Shown one piece after another: positions 13,276-25,682 of a DNA stretch of 64,000 nucleotides (position 1 is the stretch's first letter; each line of letters opens with the position of its first letter). The notes beneath the pieces were generated by a model, which saw only the letters and a list, made by a program, of their open reading frames with translations, did not search any database and was not told the DNA's origin. The stretch is taken from positions 21,452,001 to 21,516,000 of the forward strand of contig NC_043021.1 of the NCBI RefSeq assembly GCF_006345805.1, in the 5' to 3' direction. A program made the translations under genes and the position numbers. Origin of the DNA: Octopus sinensis. Taxonomy: Eukaryota.

Positions 13276-13793
13276 TAAATAAGAATCGGAATCAATATGT
13301 TTAACTATAACCCCTCAGTGTGGTGCCCTGGCACACTGCCGTATGATGACTGAAACAAGAACTATCATCTAAAAGAAAATCTTACCAGCTGCATGGCCTA
13401 GTGATAACTATATTCTAAGGATATGTTTACTAGGCTCGTAGCTTAGTGGTTAGGGTGCTGGACTCATGATTACAAGGTCATGGGTTTGATTCCTGTACTG
13501 GGCAGCATGTTTCACTTTTATGCAAGGCTCTTCATTTCATATTGCACCAATCGACTCAGATGAACACCAGTACCAGCAACAGCTGGGGGTTAATATTGTG
13601 ACAATGGGCTGGCATCCTAGTCAGAGAGGAATCCAGTAGTTGCAGTTACCGAAATTCTCAGAAGCCTAATGAACCAGACTTTCAATTTAAATTTTTGATT
13701 TGTCTTTTATTCATTGCAGTTTTTGGATCACTGCCAGGCTGGGGCACCCCCTTGAAGTGTTTAGTCAAACAAATTGACCCCAGTAGTTATATA

Positions 13794-14113
13794 CCAGTGC
13801 CGGTGGCACATAAGAGAACCATCCAAACATGGCCGTTGCCAGTGCTGCCCCGACTGGCCTCGTGCCGGTGGCACGTAAAAAGCACCATCCGTTCGTGGCT
13901 GTTTGCCAGCCTCGCCTGGCACCTGTGCCGGTGGCACGTAAAAAGCACCCACTACACTCACGGAGTGGTTGGCGTTACGAAGGGCATCCAGTGTAAAAAC
14001 ACTGCCAGATCAGACTGGGCCTGGTGATGCCTTCTGGCTTCCCAGACCCCAGTTGAACCGTCCAACCCATGCTGGCATGGAAAGCGGACGCTAAACAATG
14101 ATGATGATGATGC
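13794..14113 (+). mobile_element. retroposon fragment with RTE-like 3' end and (GAT)n tail; internal GTGCCGGTGGCACGTAAAAAGCACC repeats
   Basis: GAAGGGCATCCAG motif, tail GGAAAGCGGACGCTAAAC(GAT)n; reverse copy at 28395-28740. Confidence 0.7.
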
Positions 14114-14545
14114 TTATTCTGTCAGTCTTCTTTGCTGAACTGCTAAGTAATAATGAGTTAAACAAACTAACAGCAGTTGTCACAGTAGTGGTGAACAAAC
14201 ATAAAGATACACACATACATAAATATTAATATACAAAAGGACTCCATACAGTTTCCATCAACCGTCCAACCCATGCTAGCATGGAAAGCGGACGCTAAAC
14301 GATGATGATGATGAGATTCACTTACGAGACATTGATCAGCTTGGTGCTAGAGGAGAGGACACTTGCCCAAGGTTTTGTGCAGTGAGACTGAACCCAAAGC
14401 CACATGACTGCAAAACAGACATCTTTATAATCATTATAAATCAAGTGTTGTCCTTCAGACAATGGGCATTTGTATGTTGTTGTATTTTGGGAAGGTCATT
14501 TTGCCAATAAGAATCAAAAAACACACACTGGTAAAATGACTCTCT

Positions 14546-14761
14546 CTCTTTTACTCTTTTACTTGTTTCAGTCATCTGACTGCGGCCATGCTGGAGCACC
14601 GCCTTTAATCAAGCAACTCGACCCCGGGACTTATTCTTTTGTAAGCCCAGTACTTATTCTATCGGTCTCTTTTGCCGAACCGCTAAGTAACGAGGACATA
14701 AACACGCCAGCATCGGTTGTCAAGCAATGCTAGGGGTACAAACACAGACACACAAACACGC

Positions 14762-14798
<37 letters not shown>

Positions 14799-14929
14799 AT
14801 ATATATATAATATATATATATATACATATATACAACGGACTTCTTTCAATTTCCGTCTACCAAATCCACTCACAAGGCTTTGGTCGGCCCAAGGCTATAG
14901 TAGAAGACACTTGCCCAAGGTGCCACGCA
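14546..14929 (-). mobile_element. SINE family A (5'-truncated)
   Basis: match to family A body and tail. Confidence 0.85.
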
Positions 14930-15296
14930 TACAATGTCAAGAACCTTTTAAAACAAATATAAAAACCAAATGGGAATATTATTTAACCACAATGGCTAAT
15001 ATCAGATAATGTTACATGCATAAAATAATAATCTTTTCAACAATAGACACAATTGAAATTTTGGGGGAAGGGGACTAGTCAATTATATTAACCCCAGTGT
15101 TTCACTGGTACTTAATTTATTAACCCCAAAAGGCTGAAAGGCAAAGTCGATCTTGACAGAATTTGAACTCAGGACATAGCGACAGGTGAAATACAGCTAA
15201 GCATTTCATCCAGCTTGGTAACGATTCTGCCAGCTTGCTACCTTCATACATAAAATAATAATGATAATAATAATAGATTTTTTTTATTATTACAAA

Positions 15297-15695
15297 CTAG
15301 CAGTATCGCCCGGCGTTGCTCAGGTTTGTAAGGGAAATAACTATATAAGCATTTTTAGAGTTATAGCCAAAAAATAGCAAAAAAATGCATTAAAAATGGG
15401 AAAAAAATTATGGTAAATTTTTTTTTAAATCGTTGACTCATCGTAGACATTTTTAGAGAATTACTTCCCTTATATAATAGCGAAAAAAATGCATTAAAAT
15501 GGAAAAAAATGGTGGTAAATTTTTTTTAAATCATAGACTCATCGTAGACGCGCGCTAATACCCAGAAGGGCTTGATATGAATCACGACTATAAGATACCT
15601 GGTTTTGGTTAAACTGCACCGTAAAATGTGGGAGTAGTTAGGAATCTAAATCATAGGAGACAGACAGCACACAACCTTACTTTTATATAGAAAGA
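15297..15695 (-). mobile_element. non-autonomous Helitron (family H1)
   Basis: minus strand 5' TC, 3' hairpin CCTGAGCAACGCCGGG then CTAG-T; copies at 36836 and 60307. Confidence 0.85.
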
Positions 15696-16057
15696 TATTA
15701 TGGTGCTTATACAAAATAATGAAATGAATAATAAATTTATTTTTTTAAACTAAGATATCAAATTAAAATTAAATAATATAAATTCCTCATTCACATATTT
15801 GCAATAAATGTATGTTATCAATAACAATAATACTGTTTATGTATCAATTAATTACATGTAACATATTTATTACTTCCTTATAAGGTAGCATGGCCATTTT
15901 AGCATGATCACGCAACCGACAATAAGTATTATTGATATTGATTGAGAGAGATAATATTTAATATACACTCGCTCACTTCTCACACAAATACATTCATATT
16001 TATAGATTGCATAATTAATATCATTTTACATATGTACCCAAACATAGGATGTATGCA

Positions 16058-16110
<53 letters not shown>

Positions 16111-16643
16111 TTATTCATAACATTTTGATTCAGTTCCATATGACAAAAAGTTTCACAGGTCTCCAACAGAAACTTGTCGCTTTCAGGCTTTAGAATCATC
16201 GTCGAGTGGCTGTGTGGTTAGTAGCTTGCTTACGAACCACATGGTTCCGGGTTCAGTCCCACTGCGTGGCACCTTGGGCAAGCGTCTTCTACTTGGGCCG
16301 ACCAAAGCCTTGTGAGTGGATTAGCCTAGAATACGTACTAGGCTTACGAAGAATAAATCCTGGGGTCAATTTGCTCGACTAAAGGCGATGCTCCAGCATG
16401 GCCACAGTCACATGACTGAAACAAGTACAAGAGTAAAAGGGTATCTGTTTTCCATGATGGCATGGATTAGATGGTTTAACTGGAACTGGTAAGCCAGAGA
16501 GTTGTACCAGGTTCCACTCTGATTTTGGCTAGGTTTCTACAGCTGGATGCCCTTCCTAACACCATCAACTCCAAGAGTGTAGAGGATGCCTATTACATGT
16601 CACCATCACAGGTGCCTTTTATGTGCCACTGATATATATATAA

Positions 16644-16677
<34 letters not shown>

Positions 16678-16680
16678 CTT

Positions 16681-17101
16681 TTATTTCTTTTACTTGTTTC
16701 AGTCATTTGACTGCGACCATGCTGGAGCACCACCTTTAGTTGAACAAATCAACCCCAGAACTTATTCTTTGTAAGCCTGGTACTTATTCCATCAGTCTCT
16801 TTTACTGAACCGCAAAGTTATGGAGACATAAACATACCAGCATTGGTTGTCAAGCAATGGTGGGGTGACAAACACAGACACACAAATACATATATATATA
16901 CATATATATATACATATATATATATATATACACACACACACGACGGGCTTCTTTCAGTTTCCATCTACCAAATCCATTCACAAGGCTTTGGTTAGCCCTA
17001 GGCTATAGTAGAAGACATTTTCCCAAGTTGCCATGCAGTGGGGCTGAAACTGGGCCTCTGTGGTTGGGAAGCAAGCTTGTTACCACACAGCCACTCCTGC
17101 A

Positions 17102-17104
<3 letters not shown>
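16681..17104 (-). mobile_element. SINE family A (diverged, full length)
   Basis: match to family A head, body and tail. Confidence 0.85.
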
Positions 17105-17145
<41 letters not shown>

Positions 17146-17357
17146 AAACACAGAGATAGCTTCTCTGATAATTTTTCCACTTTAAAAGTAATATGTTTAT
17201 AAGTTTACGCCTTACAAACACCTAATTATTAAAGTGGTAAAATTCTCAGAAAAGCCAGCCATTTCTGGTTCATTTTCTCAAATATATAATACTGTAACAA
17301 GAATTCTTTATTTCTTATTCTACTATATATACATACATATATATATATACATATATA

Positions 17358-17715
17358 TTGGTAAAAACGGTAAGATAACAAAAGAAAGAAAGAGACCTCA
17401 ATATTATGTAAATAGAGGAAATTTATCTATAAAATAATATGTTACAATTACTCAATAGTCAAGATAAAACTCTGAGTTTCAGATGCCGAAGTGGAAATCC
17501 ACAACACCATCTCTTCGGTTATCTGGCCATCTGAAAAACGCTATGAAAAAATACCGTTATATAAAGGGAAATTACTGTGTTATAATTCTGCTACTTATAT
17601 AAAATAAGATTAAAAGTTCATAGTAAACACGTAAACATGGCTAGTCATACGCTCACATGTGCGCTCGCACCCACATGCGTACTTATACGTCACTATGAAA
17701 ACGTACACATCTTCA

Positions 17716-17720
<5 letters not shown>
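17358..17720 (-). mobile_element. Penelope-like terminal repeat fragment inserted in (TA)n
   Basis: flanked by (TA)n on both sides and carries a minimal hammerhead fold; the association of minimal hammerheads with PLEs is established, the class assignment is inference. Confidence 0.55.
17462..17524 (-). ncRNA. minimal type I hammerhead ribozyme motif (variant core)
   Basis: minus strand AGATAA-CCGAAGA-GATG[22 nt]CATC-T-GAAA-CTC-A-GAG-TT-TTATCT: 6-bp stem I, 4-bp stem II, 3-bp stem III. Confidence 0.7.
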
Positions 17721-17754
<34 letters not shown>

Positions 17755-18546
17755 CTGTCACTGTATCAATCCTACAAACCTGCAAAGCAGGCTACCATAC
17801 CACCGGAATGGATTGCCAGTCAGTTGCAGAGTTACCTACCCGCTTACACCTCAGTGATCTGGAGCCATGTGAAATGAAGTGTCTTGCTCAAGAACAAAAC
17901 TCACAGCCAATCTGGAAATGGAAACCACGATCTTACATTTCACCCAGCATCTGACAATTCTGCCGGCTTTAATAATAATAATATTAATAATAATAACAAT
18001 AATCTTCATATCAGTGAGGGGGCCCAGTGCGCATTGATGCCGTCCGTAGAGAGGTAGGCCCCGAAACGGCACGCATTCTCTCCTGATGACCCCATACACT
18101 TGCTGGCTTCCGGTGTGCAGAGTTTTTGACTGGTAGCACTTGCATGTGCAAGTTGTTTGCAAGACATCCATAGGCACAGGGGGCTGAAATTTGGGAGGAA
18201 GGGGCTAATAAAAGAAATCATCATCATCATCCTCATCATCATTATTATTAAAGCAGAAAGCTGGCAGAATCGTTAGCACATTGGGTGAAATGCTTAGCAG
18301 CATTTCATCTGCCTTAACCCTTTAGTGTTCGCATTATTCTACCAAAATTAATCCTTTTTCATCCAAAGACACTTCATTTCACATGGCTCCAGATCACTCA
18401 GGTGTAAGCGGGTATGTAACTCTGCAACTGACTGGCAATCCATTCCGGTGGATTACACTGACCCCAGTGTTTCACTGGTACTTAATTTATCAACCCCGAA
18501 AGGATGAAAGGCAAAGTCGACTTCAGTAGAATTTGAACTCAGAACA

Positions 18547-18776
18547 TTAACCCTTTAGCATTTAAACTGGCCATATCCGGCCAAAAGTATTCTGCCTGTT
18601 TTATGTTCAAACTGGCCAGATCAGGTCTATACACACCATCCCTACAATTTCGTTTTACAAATTAACAGCTACCTTATCAAATTCTCATAACTACAAGGTA
18701 ATGCATGATTAGTTCAAAACAATGTGGATGAAAAAGGATTAATTTTGGTAGAATAATGCGAACACTAAAGGGTTAA
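18547..18776 (+). mobile_element. piggyBac-type MITE nested in a family B SINE
   Basis: TTAA-CCCTTTAG ... CTAAAGGG-TTAA; the SINE B sequence resumes on both sides. Confidence 0.85.
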
Positions 18777-19934
18777 GGCAGAAGAAATGCTGCTAAGCAT
18801 TTCACCCAATGTGCTAACAATTCTGCCAGCTTTCTGCTTTAATAATAATGATGATGAGGATGATGATGATGATTTCTTTTATTTGCCACAGGGGCATCAA
18901 ATGAGGGGCACAAGGACTTCCAAGATAGATACAAAGCAAAATATGAAATTGGAGCAGTATGAAAATGACTTACGACTCGACTCATCCATTTTTAATCCAA
19001 CAACAAACTCTGTCCAGATATGGACTTTATTCACTCATCGAAACGATTAAATATGTTAATATATTCCAATTAACAGAAATCATTCCAATCATGATTGCAT
19101 GAAAGAAAATGATTGCAACACTATGAGGAAATAAATAACAACAACAACAAAAACACAGATATATTTTCATGTCTAACACCATAGCAACAGCAAATTTTGT
19201 CTCACACCATAGTAACGTGAACATTTGTATCTTGTGAGTTTAACAAGTTTCAATTTAAATCTGATTATTTCTTCATCTAAACATTTAATCATGAATGAAG
19301 AAAAGTATATATTTCTGTATATGTGTGTTTATATGCATATATATATATATAAATGTTTATATGTATGTGAATGTGTGTTTATATATTCATACATACATGC
19401 GTGTGTATGTGTGTGTGAATGTGTGTTTATATATTCATACATACATATGTGTGTGTGTGTCAGAGTGTGTGTGTGTGTGTGTGTGTGGGCAATCAAATGA
19501 AATAATGATTTTTTTTTAACATTTGCAAATTGCCACAAAATAGTGTTTTGCATATGTGTGTCTACGTGTGTGTGTGTGTATATGCACATTTATATAAACA
19601 TATATCACTGTGTATCTATGTGCATATATGTATATATGTGTGTGTTTGTGTGTGTGTGTGTAAACATGCAACTTCTTATGCAAATATATCAGTGACTATA
19701 TGTATCTGTAAGCATGCATGCCAGTAAGTTGGAAGGAATTAAGGAAAGTAGGTAATAGATAGGTTTATATATATACATATATATATGTATGTATGAATGT
19801 ATGTGGTATGTATGTATGTATAAGTGCATATGTGTGTGTGTGTGTGTGCATGGTTCTGTGTGTAATGTGCATTTGATACAAGAATATATTTATGAAAATA
19901 ATAGATATATATACCCAGAAACACAAACATGTTC

Positions 19935-19981
<47 letters not shown>

Positions 19982-20178
19982 CACACATATATGTGTACAC
20001 ACACCCACACACATACATACATATGCATGGACATACATATATAAATTATACACACACACAGAAGCTCTGATTTGGCACACACAAAAGTCTTGCCATAGAG
20101 CATGTGTTTTTAAGTTTTGTCTGTCTTATTAGCAAAAATGAACAGCTGCAAAATGTAGAATTATTTCACAGAGGTGAC

Positions 20179-20217
<39 letters not shown>

Positions 20218-20648
20218 CTCTCTTTACTCTTTTACTTGTTTCAGTCATTTGACTGTGGCCATGCTGGAGCACCGCCTTTAATCGAGCAACTCAACCCCGG
20301 GACTTATTCTTTTTGTAAGCCCAGTACTTATTCTATTGGTCTCTTTTTGCCAAACCGCTTTTTGCACTTTTATTCTTAATATGTTTCAGCAGATTGGAAT
20401 ATGAAGATGCTAATCAATGTTGTGTTTCATTACAGAAGGACAATTTCTCCTTTATGATGAAGATGAGCCATATAAAAAAAAGCATCTTGTACACTCTGTA
20501 AAGTTGTTGGAATATGGAACGGCATCCAGTCAGAGAAACCACACCTAAACAGACAGCAGAGCTTGGTGTAGTCTTCTGACTGGTCAATTCCTATCAAACA
20601 GTCCGACCCAAACCAGCATGGAAAACGGTTTTCATAACATGCTCAAAT

Positions 20649-21040
20649 AGGCGCAGGAGTGGCTGTGTGGTAAGTAGCTTGCTAACCAACCACATGGTTC
20701 CGGGTTCAGTCCCACTGCGTGGCATCTTGGGCAAGTGTCTTCTACTACGGCCCCGGACCAACCAATGCCTTGTGAGTGGATTTGGTAGACGGAAACTGAA
20801 AGAAGCCTGTCGTATATATGTATATATATATATATGTGTATGTGTGTGTGTTTGTCCTCCTAGCATTGCTTGACAACCGATGCTGGTGTGTTTACGTCCC
20901 AGTCACTTAGCGGTTCGGCAAAGAGACTGATAGAATAAGTACTGGGCTTACAAAGAATAAGTCCCGGGGTCGATTTGCTCGACTAAAGGCGGTGCTCCAG
21001 CATGGCCACAGTCAAATGACTGAAACAAGTAAAAGAGTAA
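20649..21040 (+). mobile_element. SINE family A (full length)
   Basis: AGGCGCAGGAGTGGCTGTGTGG head to AAGTAAAAGAGTAA tail. Confidence 0.9.
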
Positions 21041-22084
21041 CTCATTAGTGCAAAGGACTCTGGGACATTTGGTGTTTTAACAACATTGTGTCTTGTCAGC
21101 GAGAGGCAACCCAAGATTGATGAATTTTAACAAGGACTGTGCTCTTGTTTATAACTTCAGCAAACAGTTTGTTTTCTGATCTGTACTGATATCTGCCAAG
21201 TGATAATAAATCATCATATGCACAGTGAACAGTGATAATCAGAACGATGACTTGCGTATTTATTAATACGTTGCGGTCAATTCAAACATTAAATTGCTAA
21301 TTGCTGCCAGAACATATTACTAATAAATATGCAAGTCATCATTTAGATTAGAGAGATAATTTTCATTTAAGGGATGAGAAGCCACCATCTAGGAAAATCA
21401 AGGTATCACAAGACTTAGTCTACCCTTCAAACCTGGTCACATTTTACTATCTCTGTACTGCAATCTCTATTCAGAATTCAAAAAGAAGCCATCTCACATA
21501 TACCAGTTTCACCACTTGTATACACCTTTCATTAACCTTTTAGCATTTAAACCGGCCATATCCAGTCGGTTTCTTTGACTAAAAAACCCTTTAAGGGTTT
21601 ATATTTATTGTGTAATTATTTGTGTAATCTACCTGTTTTAAATACATGTTAATATATGTTAATATATGTTAATATATGTATATATATAAGGGCAGAAAGC
21701 TGTCAGAATCATTACCATGTCAGACAAAATGCTTTGTGTCATTTCTTCTGACTTTATGTTCTGACTTCAAATGTTGCCAAGTTTGACTTTGCTTTTCATC
21801 TTTTCAGGGTCATTAAATTAAGCACCAGTTGTGCACTGGTGTCAATGCAATTGGTTTACACCTACTCCTGAAATTGCTGGCCTCGTGCCAGAATTGGAAA
21901 CCAATGTGTCTTAAAATATACAACATTTTTTCCTCACCCTCCTTTTTTCATGTAAGTCTACGTGAGCATCCTCCACAACTTATCACCTTAGAGCATGTTT
22001 TTTTTGTGTGTGTGAATGGATGGATCCTTGAAGCAAATAAATAAAAAAAAAACTGTTGTTGTTGTTATTATTATTATTATTATT

Positions 22085-22638
22085 GAGTGAGAGAGCAGTG
22101 CATGCCATCAAAGTGACACTGGGGTAAAATATACGAAGCCCAGTATACCCATCATGACTACCCGTCTGATAAGGGTACACCAGGCACATGCATCACAACT
22201 ATATGAGCGTGACATGGTGATCTCACATCAAGATAAACAGTGCATGACCTTGCAGGTGGGGCCCAGCTGGAATTTTCTTCTGGTTGAATAGCCCATCCCG
22301 CTCAAAAGATCCCTGAATAAGGATTGTTTAAGGATATTGAACGAACCACCCATGTTTCCAAAGGTGAATTATCCAAACCCCAAAGAATTCCTTTCAACAC
22401 ACGGCTATGATGCTCCCCCACTACTTCTGCTCGTGATCAGAGATGCACATATCGTCAGCCACTAAGGGACATGCTCAACTGGTTAAGGTCAAACAACTGA
22501 CAAGGAAATCTGTGGTATTGAGCAGAATATTTGCTGTAACCCATCTTTTATACCAAGACAAAACAATGTACATGATAACACTTCCAATCAGTTAAGATCA
22601 GAAGCCATGAGAGCCACTGCCTGGTACAGCATCAGGGC
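22085..22638 (-). mobile_element. probable non-LTR retroelement 3' UTR fragment inserted into (TAA)n
   Basis: 554-bp complex sequence with (TAA)n-type repeats at both junctions; minus strand ends CTCTCTCACTC(AAT)n; single copy in window. Confidence 0.45.
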
Positions 22639-22879
22639 ATTTATTATTATTATTATTATCATCATCATCATCATCAAGGTAGCAAGCTGGCAGAATTATT
22701 ACTGCACTGAACAAAATGCTTAGTGGCATTTCATCTGTCTCTTTACGCTCTGAGTTCAAATTCTGCCAAGGTTGTCTTAGCCTTTCATCCTTTTGCAATC
22801 AATAAAATAAGTACCAGTTGAACACTGGGGTTGATATAATCAACTTATCCCCCCCCCTCGAAATTGCTGGTCTCGTGCC

Positions 22880-22996
22880 AAAGTTTGAAACCATTATTTT
22901 TATTACTACTACTACTACTTTTGTTATTATTATTATTACTACTACTTTTGTTATTATTATTATTATTACTACTACTTTTGTTATTATTATTATTAT

Positions 22997-23031
<35 letters not shown>

Positions 23032-23400
23032 TTGTTGTTATTATTATCATTATTACTACTACTACTGCTACTACTATTGTTATTATTATCATTACTACTA
23101 CTACAACTAATATTGTTGTTATTACTACTACTACTTTTGTTGTTATAATCATTATTACAACTACTACAACTACTATTGTTATTACTACTACTAGTTTTGT
23201 TATTATTATTATCATTATTACTACTACTACTGCTACTACAACTACTATTGTTGTTACTACTACTACTCCTTTTGTTGTTATTATTATTATCATTATTACT
23301 ACTACTACTACAACTACTATTGTTGTTGTTACTACTACTACTACAACTACTACTTCTATTGTTGCTGTTATCGTTCATCGTCATCATTGTCATTATCACT
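22880..23400. repeat. compound trinucleotide repeat (ACT/ATT/GTT)n
   Basis: direct inspection; source of the poly-I/T/L/N ORFs. Confidence 0.95.
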
Positions 23401-24445
23401 TTCTAACCGCTTTATAAGAAGGGGAAAACTCCACTATATATTTACCTTGTCAGACAGGTTGGCTAAATTAAAATATCTAACACAATAGTTATTCATTAGA
23501 CAATACTAATAAGTAAGTATTTCGTTGGTCAAAAGTGAAGCTGCGCTTGAAAGGCCTCATTAATCATCATCAATATAATCACTCCAACGCCTGCCTGGCC
23601 GGACTGTTTTATCTACATCTCTACGGTTGCCATCATCGTCGTTGATGGTCAGTCAGTGTTGGTATGAATTAAGACTGAGTTAACCAAGTAATACATTCTA
23701 CTTAGTGCTTCTCTTATTGCCTTCTCTGCCCTGACCTGTCCCGTCTCACCCCCATCCCCTGCTGCTCTGCCTCAAAGTCCATCTCACTCAATCAATCTTT
23801 CTCTCTCCTGCTGCTCTGCTTTTTCTCTCCCTCTGTTAGACTCTCCCCTCCGCAGCCGTCTCTCCACCTCTGTCTCTTGACACTTCTGTTAGTTACCTTC
23901 TAGCTTTAGTTATTCAATCTGTTGTGAAGTCGGGTCTTGATCTGGTCTGATCTGATCTGGCTGGAATGGGTTGGTTGAGGTCAGGTCGGATTTAGTCTGC
24001 GCCGGTCGGATCTGGTTTGGTTTGGTTTGATTAGGTGCAAGCTTAATATCACCTCTTTAATATAAAAGTACACACAATGTCTAATGTGAAGCCTTATTAT
24101 TGATAAACTTGATTGACAAAAATCTATGATCTGCTATAAATCGTAATTCCCAGCCAATCAAACTTCAGAAAATGAAAATCCGAAAACACCACGTTGTTAA
24201 TCACCATAACTTTGCTGCTAGTTCCAAGTGAAAGGAAAGGTTAAATTAACAAAAACCATCCATCTTTCGAGAGAGAGAAAGAGGTAGGGGGCAAGAAATT
24301 AAACAAATCTATCATTAATGTTTCTTGTTTTTCTACGGTCTTTTTTTTCTCTCTCTCTCTCACTCTCTTCGGGGTTTTTAACATTTTATTTAGTGGTATT
24401 GTGATTATCAAACAGACAAAAGTAGACACAGTAGCAGATAAGAAG

Positions 24446-24481
24446 CCAATGAGTCTGATGACCAATGAGCAAGTCTATAAA
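24446..24481 (+). promoter_or_regulatory. candidate CCAAT-CCAAT-TATA core promoter
   Basis: CCAAT 24446-24450, CCAAT 24462-24466, TATAAA 24476-24481 in a TE-free island. Confidence 0.35.
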
Positions 24482-24700
24482 TGGCTGGCAACCTCCCATC
24501 CCTGTTAATCAACAAAATAACAACGAGACGACTAAAATCAAAGTCATTCACGCCATGACCATATAAACTTTTTAGTTTCAGGCATAGACATTTTTTTTTC
24601 TTAAGCCCAATAAGAAAAAAAATCATCACTCTTGATCCTGTTCAGAACCTCAAAGACTGTGAAGCAAAGACAGATGTTATTCTTAGACTCTTAAAGCAGA

Positions 24701-24917
24701 CTCTTACTCTCTTTTACTCTTTTACTTGTTTCAGTCATTTGACTGCGGCCATGCTGGAGCACCACCTTTAGTCGAGCAAATCGACCCCGGGACTTATTCT
24801 TTGTAAGCCCAGTACTTATTCTATCGGTCTCTTTTGCCGAACCGCTAAGTGACGGGGACGTAAACACACCAGCATCGGTTGTCAAGCAATGCTAGGGGGA
24901 CAAACACAGACACACAA

Positions 24918-24958
<41 letters not shown>

Positions 24959-25130
24959 CATATATACGACAAGCTTCTTTCAGTTTCCGTCGACCAAATC
25001 CACTCACAAAGCATTGGTCGGCCCGGGGCTATAGCAGAAGACACTTGCCCAAGATGCCACGCAGTGGGACTGAACCCGTAACCATGTAGTTGGTTAGCAA
25101 GCTACTTACCACACAGCCACTCCTGCGCCT
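24701..25130 (-). mobile_element. SINE family A (full length)
   Basis: match to family A along its length. Confidence 0.9.
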
Positions 25131-25682
25131 TCAATACTAGTACGTTTGTCTGTAAAATATGCACCATAAATGTCATATATATATATATATTTATATATGT
25201 GTGTATATATATTATGAGTATGTGTGTGTGTATATCATCTAAGCATTTTGTATATTAGTCAGGGACTCTGATTTTTAATAAGTTCTTCTTCACTTTAAGT
25301 CCACACGCTGTGATTTGAGGGAGATTTAGCTGTAAAAGGCCCCTTCTTTGGCTCATGTATAAGCAGAGGTTCATTTTTTGTGCTGCTGTTGTTGCTTAGC
25401 TCCATGTTGCCCCCAACTGAGTAAATATATAATCAAAACCAATCCAGTTGTGCCATCACCAGCTGACATTTGAGAAGAGCATCTAAAACTACATTGCCAA
25501 ATATGTGACTTTCTTTTCTTTAGGAAGTCAGGTATGATTTAAGGGAGATTTAGCTTCTATTTTTTGCAGGGCACATCACTATAGGCCTTCTCCTTCAAGG
25601 GCACTGTGAACCTCTGTAGGTAGTGGTGGTAGGTATAGGCATTTTATTACTGGTGCTTATGTGGTGCATTTTCACAACCCTT

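Noticed and set aside
18061-18092. GAAA ... CTGATGA as a possible hammerhead
   Set aside because: Flanks are CCCC on both sides and cannot form stem II
22799-23417. Overlapping 164-199-aa poly-I/T/V/N/S ORFs
   Set aside because: Trinucleotide repeats that are stop-free in several frames; not gene-like
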